From: an uncultured Lentisphaerota bacterium
Lineage (GTDB): Bacteria; Verrucomicrobiota; Kiritimatiellia; CAIQIC01
NCBI GenBank assembly: GCA_903871765.1
Contig: CAIQIC010000167.1
Span: forward strand, 1 to 42,877
Direction: 5' to 3'
Length of the DNA stretch: 42,877 bases
The translations under genes were made by a program, and so were the position numbers. This document shows positions 13,853 to 21,413 of this stretch, one piece after another; position 1 is the first letter of the stretch, and each line of letters starts with the position of its first letter. The notes below the pieces were generated by a model. That model was not told the origin of the DNA. It searched no databases and saw only the letters and a list, made by a program, of their open reading frames with translations.

Positions 13853-16800
13853 ACCGGCTCCTTTTCGGCGCGCAACAGGCGGTACAGGTTGCCGAGCCCC
13901 TGCTCCGCGATGCGCCGATTGTCAAACAGCGCGTACGTCTTGGCTCGCGCCCGATCGGCCAGCGCCCGGGCCCGGTCCGCGTCGACCAACAATTCCGCCA
14001 CGCGGGCGGCAAACTGACGGGGGTCGTCAGCCAGATACAGATCCTGTCCGGGCACGAATTCCAGGCCCTCGGCGGCAATGGAGGTCACCACGCTGGGCCG
14101 GTGCAGCGCGGAATACTGCAGCACCTTGGCCCGGATGCCGGCGCCGGAGACCAGCGGGGCGATGCACACCGTCGCCTGCTGGATGTAGGGGCGCACATCG
14201 GGCACACGGCCGGTCACAACCACGTTCCGGCCATTGTGGTATTGGCGGATGTCCGGCGGCGGAGCGGCGCCGACCAGCAGCACGCGCGCGCCGGGCACCG
14301 CCGCGACGAGCTTCGGCCAGACGGCGCGCATGAAGAAGTGCGCCGCGTCCTGGTTCGGGTAGTGCGTGAAGTTGGCGATAAAGGCCAGCGTGGCCGGCGC
14401 GGGGGGCCGCTCCGGCAGGACAAAGGTTTCCAGCAGGACGCCCGTATTGACCACGTAATACGGCGTCTGCGGACAAAAGCGCGCCAGAAACTGCCCATCC
14501 TTGTCGGTCGTCACGACCTGCAGGTCGGCGCGTTGTGCCGCCTGCGTCTCGACGTCGAGCATGGCCAGCAGTTGCGCGAAGCGCCGCAGCCAGTCCGGCG
14601 TCAGCGGTTCCATCCGTCGCAGATCAATCCACAGGCTGCACGAGACCGCTTCCATGTGCGTGTAGATGTGATGCCGCCCCAACCGGCGGTCATGGCTGAG
14701 CAGCGCGCGCGGCCACTCATAATGCACGATGTCTGCCGGCTGGCCGCCGAGCAGTTGCAGCAGCTTGCCGATACAGCCGCCTTCCAGGTCTTCGAAGGTC
14801 AGCCCGTGCAACACGTGGCAGTAGGGTGCCAGTTCCACAAAGGCGTCATGGTCCCGCCGCCGATCGTACCAGGTGGCCACCAGGACCTCGTGCCGTTCGC
14901 CCAGGATCTTGATGAAATCCGCCACCCGCCCGCCGCCGCCATGCACGGGATTCGGAAATTCACCGCAGACCAACAGGATGCGCAGCCGCGGCAGGGGCGG
15001 ACTGTCCGCCGGATAGAGCTCCAGCGCGCGCCGCACCGTGCCGGGCTGATCCGTGGCCGCGGCGCGCAAGGCGGACAACATAGACGCATAACGCGCCTCT
15101 TCCTGGCGGCCCAGCCAATGACCCAGCAGCTTGGCCACCGCTTCCGCCGGAACATCCAGCTCCAGTCGCGCCAGCAACCACTCCAGGTTCGGCCAAACCA
15201 GCGGCCGGTTGTACCGCCGCCTATGCCACCGCCGCGCCAGATGGTCCAGCGCCTTGCGCCGCAGTTCACGATCCAGGGCATAGCGCCCGGCCCGGACCGG
15301 CAGACGCGCAATCTCGAAACACCGGTCGGTCACCGTGGTCAGGCGGCCCCACAGGGACGCGCGCCAGGCAGCCAGATTCGCTTCCAACGCCTGCACGCGG
15401 GCCGCGTTGCGCTGGCATTCTTTTTCAACCTCCGCCAAGCGCGCCTGGTTCTCCGCCAGGCGCACCTCCGCCTCCGCCTGGTGCACTTCCGCCAGCGCGG
15501 CACGCCGCTCCAGCAACGCCTTCAACAGGCCTGCGCCCTGTACCCACACCTCCGGCGGGGTTGCGGACGGGACGGGACGAACCAGCGCGCGCAAACCGTC
15601 CGGCAAGGTTCCGCGCACGGCCACCAGCAGATGGCGATACGCCGGCTCGACATTGTCGGCCTCATAAAAGTGTTCGTTATACCAGGCATTCAACGCGCGG
15701 GAGAGCGGTTCATCTTGCCAGCGCCACTGAAAGAGGAAAAAGACGCTCAGTGCCCCCAGCCACCGGGACAGATATCCGTTCGGCAGGATCAACACCGCCC
15801 GGCCGCGGTCCGCTAGAAAGCCTTGGGTCGCCGCCAGCTCGGGCAAGCCGTGCCGCCGGTGCTCCTCCAGAAACGGATACCGCTGGCCGTGCGACGCGAT
15901 GATCAGCCGGTCCAACAGGTCTTCCGCCTGCCGCACGGCCGGATCCGCAAAGGGCGCGCCGATCAGCACCGGTCCCGCCGACACGCGCAGCAGTTCCCCC
16001 AAGAAGGCGTTCCGGTCCGCCGCGGGAATGTGTTCCAGCGTGTCGGAAGACACCACCGCATCAAACCGGCCGTCCGGAAACGGCAAACAACGCCCGTCCG
16101 CCGCCAGGTCCACGCCGGTTTTCATTTCCTGGTCAACCACGGTGATGCGATCGGCGGGCAGGAATTCGCGCAAGGTTCCGGGCCAGCCGCCAACGTCCAG
16201 GATCCGCCAGCGGGTCGTACCCGAAGGGCGCAGCGCCTCCACAGCCTCCTGGATCGGATGGTAACGCTGATATTGATCAAAAGGCATTTCCCGGGTCCGG
16301 CGGGCTTCCGTAAAGGCGCCCGCCGCCCCCGCCGACGTCCAGGGCCGGCTGCCCCACCGTTCCTGCAGGGCGGCGCGCACCGCCGCCCGATGGTCGGCGC
16401 CCAGGCGAAACGCATAAAAGGCGTTGAATCCGGGGCCGTGGTTACTGTTCACCTCCAGCACGTCATAACCGCGCGCCAGAAAATCCGCGGCGGTCCACTC
16501 CGAGCAATGCTGCTGGAGTTCGCGCTGCTCGGGCGGCAAGGCGGCCAACTGGCGCTGCCGAAAGTCTTGATAGTCGGCCTCGTGTTCGAGTTCCGCGGAT
16601 TCGACCGGCACGAAACAGACCAAGGCCTTCCGCGTGCGGGCCTCCAGATCCGCCAGCAGGACCTCGGCCGCGGCGCGCGGCAGATATTCCAGGAAATTCA
16701 GGGCCAGGGCGGCGTCGAACACGCGCGCCCCCAGCACCGCCGGCAATTGCCGGGCGTCGACGTTGATTTTTTCCATCGCTTCCGGCAGGGCGGCCAGGGC

Positions 16801-17037
16801 TGGCGCGTACAGGTCCACGGCGGTGATCGGCCCGGCCGCCAAGCCGCGCAACGGTTGCGCGCCGCCACAGCCCACATCCAACACCTGCGCGGTGTCCGCC
16901 GGCAACAACAGGCCGAGGAGCGGGTGCGGATTTTCCGCCGCGCGCAACGCAACGCACGCCGCGACGTCCGCCAGCGCCCGGACCAGGTGGTCCGGCGAGG
17001 GACACAGGAACCAGCGGCTGTCCGCCCCCGCCATCAC
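13849..17037 (-). CDS. Multidomain protein: two class I methyltransferase domains, a coiled coil and a C-terminal GT4 glycosyltransferase.
   Basis: 1062-aa ORF. MT1 is VLDVGCGGAQ...LNFLEYLP (aa ~50-145). MT2 is ILDVGGWPGT...DAVVSSDTLEHIP (aa ~275-365). The heptad-like ERRAALAEVHQAEAEVRLAENQARLAEVEKECQRNAARVQALEANLAAW spans aa ~505-560. The GT4 part is RILLVCGEFPNPVHGGGGRV...GAGIRAKVLQYSALHRPSVVTSIAAEGL (aa ~684-1062). Confidence 0.85.
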   Translation of the reverse strand: MMAGADSRWFLCPSPDHLVRALADVAACVALRAAENPHPLLGLLLPADTAQVLDVGCGGAQPLRGLAAGPITAVDLYAPALAALPEAMEKINVDARQLPAVLGARVFDAALALNFLEYLPRAAAEVLLADLEARTRKALVCFVPVESAELEHEADYQDFRQRQLAALPPEQRELQQHCSEWTAADFLARGYDVLEVNSNHGPGFNAFYAFRLGADHRAAVRAALQERWGSRPWTSAGAAGAFTEARRTREMPFDQYQRYHPIQEAVEALRPSGTTRWRILDVGGWPGTLREFLPADRITVVDQEMKTGVDLAADGRCLPFPDGRFDAVVSSDTLEHIPAADRNAFLGELLRVSAGPVLIGAPFADPAVRQAEDLLDRLIIASHGQRYPFLEEHRRHGLPELAATQGFLADRGRAVLILPNGYLSRWLGALSVFFLFQWRWQDEPLSRALNAWYNEHFYEADNVEPAYRHLLVAVRGTLPDGLRALVRPVPSATPPEVWVQGAGLLKALLERRAALAEVHQAEAEVRLAENQARLAEVEKECQRNAARVQALEANLAAWRASLWGRLTTVTDRCFEIARLPVRAGRYALDRELRRKALDHLARRWHRRRYNRPLVWPNLEWLLARLELDVPAEAVAKLLGHWLGRQEEARYASMLSALRAAATDQPGTVRRALELYPADSPPLPRLRILLVCGEFPNPVHGGGGRVADFIKILGERHEVLVATWYDRRRDHDAFVELAPYCHVLHGLTFEDLEGGCIGKLLQLLGGQPADIVHYEWPRALLSHDRRLGRHHIYTHMEAVSCSLWIDLRRMEPLTPDWLRRFAQLLAMLDVETQAAQRADLQVVTTDKDGQFLARFCPQTPYYVVNTGVLLETFVLPERPPAPATLAFIANFTHYPNQDAAHFFMRAVWPKLVAAVPGARVLLVGAAPPPDIRQYHNGRNVVVTGRVPDVRPYIQQATVCIAPLVSGAGIRAKVLQYSALHRPSVVTSIAAEGLEFVPGQDLYLADDPRQFAARVAELLVDADRARALADRARAKTYALFDNRRIAEQGLGNLYRLLRAEKEPV

Positions 17038-17231
17038 GAGCCACGCTCCGCCGGCAGGATGCCGGCGAACACGAAGGTGTAGACCGCGAGCAACAGCAGG
17101 AACGTGAGCGCCAGCCAGAGCACGTCCAACAACATGCCACGGGTGCTGAGCACGATTTCGCGACGCGTCAATTCAGTCAGCAGCCAACGCTGCCGCCAGC
17201 AGGCCAACCAAGGTGAAATAAACCATGACAC
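17034..17231 (-). pseudogene. Truncated duplicate of the wzm 5' end: a 65-codon ORF covering the N-terminus and first TM helix only.
   Basis: MSWFISPWLACWRQRWLLTELTRREIVLSTRGMLLDVLWLALTFLLLLAVYTFVFAGILPA is nearly identical to residues 1-61 of the 266-aa Wzm at 20500-21300. Its TGA overlaps the GTG/ATG start of the 1062-aa gene. Confidence 0.6.
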
Positions 17232-17279
17232 GGGCGCACGTTACCAAAAGGACCGGGGCTTGGAAAAGCAAAAGCGCCG
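17048..17279 (-). repeat. Direct repeat, copy 1: the wzm 5' end plus 48 nt of upstream leader.
   Basis: It aligns without gaps to 21117-21348 at a constant offset of 4069 nt. I count about 13 mismatches in 232 nt by hand, and only 2 of them fall in the 48 noncoding nt. Confidence 0.9.
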
Positions 17280-17280
17280 T

Positions 17281-19140
17281 TCAGGAGGCGGGCCGGTTCC
17301 CGCCCATAATCCGCCACGCGGCCAGTCGTCCAAACAGTGACTTGCGCCGGGCGGCCAGGGCGTCTTCCGCGGCGCGCAACTGCGCCATGGCGCTGGCCAA
17401 CTGCGCTTCGCACTCAATCAATAGTTGCGCGACTCGGCCTTGCCCCGTCTGCGTCTTCAACGGTTGCGCCATCCAGGCCTTGACCAACTCTTGATAACAT
17501 AAATCATATCCGACAATATGATTTTGGAGTTCGGCTTCAGCCGCGCTGTAGCGCCGGAGATCGTCCGTGGTCACCGGCAAGCCGGCGGCGTCCAGGACCG
17601 CCACGAAAAAAGCAGCCGGGGTGAACTGGCTGCCATAGCCATGGGTTCCCCATCGGCTGATCATCATGAGATTCGATTGGATCGTTCGGAACAGTAGAAA
17701 ACCCAATTCCATGGGCCCGGGGTGTATCCATTCCTGGTCAATCAATGCGGGCTTTCCCTCGGGATGGATGATGATGTTCCGGAAAGAGGCATCAAACAAG
17801 GTTCCAGCCACCAGCGCGCGCGCGGAGGACACGTCCACCTCCAGGCCCTGCTCCCGGGCGAGCGTTTGCAGCACAGCCAGATAACGCCGCAGGAAGGCCG
17901 CGACCTGCTCCACCCGCCATCCGTCGGTTGTGACCAGGCGGATGAATTCAAACGACAGGGTGATGCCGGCGTGATAGTCGGCAGCATCGTGACAGACAAA
18001 CTGAAGGGGCGGCGTAGGCGCGTTTCCGGCGGGCGGCGTGCCACGGCCCAGGCGTTTGTACGCCAGTTGGATGCCGCCCGTGCCGTCGTCACGAAAAACA
18101 ATCTCTTTGCAGTAGGCGGCCTGACGGCCCGTGCTGTAATGGAACGCCAACATGCGCGGGTCCATGAAGGGCTTCGCCGTGGGCGCAGCCGCCACCAGGA
18201 ATGAGTTGGCCAGGTCCAGCGCGAGGCCATTGGCAAAGACGATCGGCCAAGCCAGTTCCAGCGCGAAATTGCGGTACGGTGGCAGCAGCGGATCACGACA
18301 GGCGCTTTGCCAGGCGAAAGCAGCCGCATCGAAATCCTTGCGCTGCAAGCCTGCGGCCGTAATGATCGATGACGGCAATTTATAGTCGGGAAAAGGCAGC
18401 AGAAAGTCCATGGCGGAAAACCCGCCTTGCCGCAACAAATCGGCCAGAGCGGCACGACCGAACGTCCGCGGTTGCTCAGGCCGGTAACGCCCTTCGAGGC
18501 CATACATCGGCAGGCCCGTATGATCTTCACCCGCGCCGGCAAAGTATTTCAGGCCCAACTGGTTCTCAATAGCGAGGAGCAGCGTGCCGTTGGGCCGGAG
18601 CAAGGCGCGCGCACGCTGCAGCATGGCAAGCGGCGGATTCTCCGCGTGCATAAAAAGGCCGGCATATTCGAGCACGCCGACCAGCGTGATCACATCGAAC
18701 TGCGCCGGCCATTCAAAGTGCTCAAGGCTCTCCGCCACCACGGTTACATGGGCGAGGTCCCGCGTCCGGGCGGCGGCCATGGCGGCACGGCGGGGACTGC
18801 CTTCCAACGCCAGCACGCGTCCACCGCATTCACCCAGAAAACGGGTAAGGGCGCCGCAGCCGGCACCGATTTCCAACACGTCACCGCCGAGCGCGGCCGT
18901 GAACGGACGGAGCAGATTGGCGCGTGCACTTGATAAATGATAACGCGCAGGCCAGTCGGTGCATTGCCGGGCCAGCTCAAAAGACAGGCTGGAAAGATCG
19001 CCCGCCTGCTCCAGAATTTCTGCAATACGTTTTTCCGGCTCGTCGCCATCGCTGTAGGGAATGCCGGCATAGCCGGGCCGCGACCAAACACGCGTCAGCT
19101 CATGCTGCACATATACGGAGGATAATGGGTGTGTGCTCAT
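17281..19140 (-). CDS. WbdD-like chain-terminating enzyme: N-terminal class I methyltransferase, kinase-like domain and C-terminal coiled coil.
   Basis: 619-aa ORF. The methyltransferase part has VLEIGAGCGALTRFL and LLLAIENQLGLKYFAGAGEDHTG. The kinase-like part has FDASFRNIII (D450-x4-N455) and ALIDQEW (D468). The C-terminal helix is AQLLIECEAQLASAMAQLRAAEDALAARRKSLFGRLAAW. The start overlaps the wzt stop (ATGA). Confidence 0.78.
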   Translation of the reverse strand: MSTHPLSSVYVQHELTRVWSRPGYAGIPYSDGDEPEKRIAEILEQAGDLSSLSFELARQCTDWPARYHLSSARANLLRPFTAALGGDVLEIGAGCGALTRFLGECGGRVLALEGSPRRAAMAAARTRDLAHVTVVAESLEHFEWPAQFDVITLVGVLEYAGLFMHAENPPLAMLQRARALLRPNGTLLLAIENQLGLKYFAGAGEDHTGLPMYGLEGRYRPEQPRTFGRAALADLLRQGGFSAMDFLLPFPDYKLPSSIITAAGLQRKDFDAAAFAWQSACRDPLLPPYRNFALELAWPIVFANGLALDLANSFLVAAAPTAKPFMDPRMLAFHYSTGRQAAYCKEIVFRDDGTGGIQLAYKRLGRGTPPAGNAPTPPLQFVCHDAADYHAGITLSFEFIRLVTTDGWRVEQVAAFLRRYLAVLQTLAREQGLEVDVSSARALVAGTLFDASFRNIIIHPEGKPALIDQEWIHPGPMELGFLLFRTIQSNLMMISRWGTHGYGSQFTPAAFFVAVLDAAGLPVTTDDLRRYSAAEAELQNHIVGYDLCYQELVKAWMAQPLKTQTGQGRVAQLLIECEAQLASAMAQLRAAEDALAARRKSLFGRLAAWRIMGGNRPAS

Positions 19141-20510
19141 GGAGTTATCTGCCGGGCGCGCAGGGTCAGGTCGAGATCGGCCAACCCGAAGAAGCGTTGG
19201 TGGCGCCGCACCACCACATGAATGCTGTCGTAGCGACGGTCGTGGGGGATGACCTCCTCGCCCTGGCGCGTCGCGATACCCAGCGAAAGGAAGTAATCGC
19301 CCGGCGCCAGCCGGCAGCTAAATTCCACGTCCACCTGAACCGTCGTTTTCGCCCGCCCCAGTTGTTGAAAACACGCACCATCGAGAGCCTCCGAGTTGAC
19401 GCCATAGACCGTCACGCCCTCCTTGGTTTTGACAGTCAATCCGAAGATCGGGCGCATGATGTCGGCATCAAATCGTACCGCCACGCACAAGCGTATGGTT
19501 TGTCCGCTGTCGATCTCCGACGGATAGGGCTGCCCCCCCGCCTCCAGATAGTAGTCCAGGATCGCCACGGTGCCATCACCCCAGCGGTATTCGTTTTGAT
19601 TATAGCTGCTGCGCGTCGCAAACACGTCGGTCGTCGTGCTCAGCAGGCATGGGGCGGCGGGCGGTGTTATCGTGGCCGGGGTTGTTTCCGCAACGGCGCC
19701 CGGCGGCGCTACCCGTTCCTTCCCGAACAGCAGATCCATGTACCGATTGGCCACCGTGCGCGGTTCGCCGAGCAGAAGCGGCGTGCCCTGGTCCAGCAAG
19801 AGCGCTCGTGAACAGTGGATCACGATCTGTTCCGTCGAATGGGTGACCAGCAGAATGCTGGCGCCCTTGTTTTTCAATTGGCGCAAATGCTCAAAGCATT
19901 TGGCCTGGAACTTGGCATCCCCCACGGCCAGGGCTTCATCCACGATCAGAATGTCGGGGTCGACGCTGATGGCGCAGGCAAAGGCCAGGCGGACAAACAT
20001 GCCGGAAGAGTAATTCCGTACCGGCTGATCGAAAAACTGGGCGATGCCCGCAAACTCGGCCACGCGTGCGATCAAGTGTTCCTGCTCCCGGCCCACCACG
20101 CCCTGCACCGTCGCCGTCAGCCGCACGTTTTCACGCCCGGTTAATTCGGCATTGAAACCGGTGCCGAGCTCCAGGATCGCCGACACCCGACCCTTGACCT
20201 GCACCGTACCTTGCGACGGCTGGAGCGTCCCGGCAAGGATTTGCAACAGGGTGCTTTTACCCGAACCATTGCGGCCAATGATGCCGATCACCTCGCCGCG
20301 GTTCACGGAGAAGGACACATCGCGCAGCGCATAGAAATCCTCAAAGTACGTGTGCGCTTTGCGCCACAGCGCCTCCGCCAGCCGGCCGCGCCGGTGCAGC
20401 CGTTCCGCTGCCGCCGCGAGGAGCGGCGCCTTGATCCGCGCGCTCGGCGAGTGCCACAGACGGTAGCGCTTGGCCAAACCTGTCACCTGAATGACGGGCT
20501 CAGACGACAT
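19137..20510 (-). CDS. wzt: Polysaccharide ABC exporter ATP-binding protein Wzt with a C-terminal glycan-binding (Wzt_C-like) domain.
   Basis: Walker A is GRNGSGKSTLL, the signature is YSSGMFVRLAF and Walker B is ILIVDEALAVGD. A ~160-aa beta-rich C-terminus follows (YRWGDGTVAILDYYLE...FSCRLAPGDYFLSLG). The ATG at 20510 is preferred; the track ORF starts two codons earlier at the TTG at 20516. Confidence 0.85.
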   Translation of the reverse strand: MSSEPVIQVTGLAKRYRLWHSPSARIKAPLLAAAAERLHRRGRLAEALWRKAHTYFEDFYALRDVSFSVNRGEVIGIIGRNGSGKSTLLQILAGTLQPSQGTVQVKGRVSAILELGTGFNAELTGRENVRLTATVQGVVGREQEHLIARVAEFAGIAQFFDQPVRNYSSGMFVRLAFACAISVDPDILIVDEALAVGDAKFQAKCFEHLRQLKNKGASILLVTHSTEQIVIHCSRALLLDQGTPLLLGEPRTVANRYMDLLFGKERVAPPGAVAETTPATITPPAAPCLLSTTTDVFATRSSYNQNEYRWGDGTVAILDYYLEAGGQPYPSEIDSGQTIRLCVAVRFDADIMRPIFGLTVKTKEGVTVYGVNSEALDGACFQQLGRAKTTVQVDVEFSCRLAPGDYFLSLGIATRQGEEVIPHDRRYDSIHVVVRRHQRFFGLADLDLTLRARQITP

Positions 20511-21300
20511 CGGCAAACCCCCGGCGCGTCAGCGCAAACCACAGATAGCCCAGATGGCAAAGCACAAAGCAGCCCGCCAGACACAGCACCCACGCCCGCC
20601 AGTCCGGCCACGCGCCCGCCACCAGTGTCTGGCGAAAACTGTCCACGATTACCGTCAACGGATTGCACAGCAGCAGCCATCGCACCCGCGCCGGCGCGGC
20701 CGACAGCGGATAAAACACCGGTGTCAGGAACAACAAGATGCTGGCCAGCAGGCCGCTGAGGTGCGCGATGTCGCGCACGTAAACGCCCAGCGCGGCCAGG
20801 AACCAGCCCACCCCCAGACAGAGCAGCAACAGCGGCGCGTAGAGCACGGGCACCAGCAGCCATTGGATATAAACGTGCCGCCAAACCACCGCCTGGCACA
20901 GCAGCAACAGTGCCAGGCTGATCAGCGAGAAGAACGCCGCGGTCGCCACGCGGGCCGCCGGCAGCAGTTCCACCGGAAACACCATCTTCTTGACGTAATT
21001 GGGATGCGCCACAATCAGCAACGGACAACGCGTCAAGACATCGGCAAACAGGCTGAAAGGGATCAGGGCGGCAAAAATTCTGAGGCCGGTGTCCTGCCAC
21101 GAGCCGGCGCCGGCGGCCGCCGGCAGGATGCCGGCGAACACGAAGGTGTAGACCGCGAGCAGCAGCAGGGGCGTGAGCACCAGCCACAGCACGCCTAACA
21201 ACGTGCCGCGGGTGCTGAGCACGATTTCGCGACGCGTCAATTCAATCAGCAGCCGACGCTGCCGCCAGCAGGCCAACCAAGGTGAAATAAACCATGACAC
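20500..21300 (-). CDS. wzm: ABC-2 type polysaccharide exporter permease Wzm.
   Basis: 266-aa ORF with a GTG start. It has six hydrophobic helices and an ABC-2 permease-like N-terminus, ELTRREIVLSTRGTLLGVLWLVLTPLL. It lies immediately upstream of, and overlapping, wzt. Confidence 0.85.
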   Translation of the reverse strand: MSWFISPWLACWRQRRLLIELTRREIVLSTRGTLLGVLWLVLTPLLLLAVYTFVFAGILPAAAGAGSWQDTGLRIFAALIPFSLFADVLTRCPLLIVAHPNYVKKMVFPVELLPAARVATAAFFSLISLALLLLCQAVVWRHVYIQWLLVPVLYAPLLLLCLGVGWFLAALGVYVRDIAHLSGLLASILLFLTPVFYPLSAAPARVRWLLLCNPLTVIVDSFRQTLVAGAWPDWRAWVLCLAGCFVLCHLGYLWFALTRRGFADVV

Positions 21301-21348
21301 GGGCGCACGTTACCAAAAAAACCGGGGCTTGGAAAAGCAAAAGCGCCG
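21117..21348 (-). repeat. Direct repeat, copy 2: the authentic wzm 5' end and leader.
   Basis: See copy 1. Both copies share CGGCGCTTTTGCTTTTCCAAGCCCCGG...TTTTGGTAACGTGCGCCCGTGTC before the GTG start. Confidence 0.9.
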
Positions 21349-21413
21349 GGGACGCCCCCCGGAGGGGTCGCATGGCGCTTCTGCGGGGCACTTGATGGGA
21401 ATAAACGCGGGCG

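Noticed and set aside
14101-15816. 571-aa plus-strand ORF, and the 419-aa ORF at 15823-17082.
   Set aside because: They lie antisense to the 1062-aa methyltransferase/GT4 gene. The sequences are low-complexity and R/Q/P/H-rich.
17048-21348. The 232-nt duplication, considered as an insertion-sequence terminus or an assembly artefact.
   Set aside because: No transposase or inverted termini are present, and the repeats are direct copies of a gene's 5' end. The ~13 mismatches and intact reading frames on both sides argue against a collapsed or chimeric assembly. It is kept as a finding, not as a mobile element.
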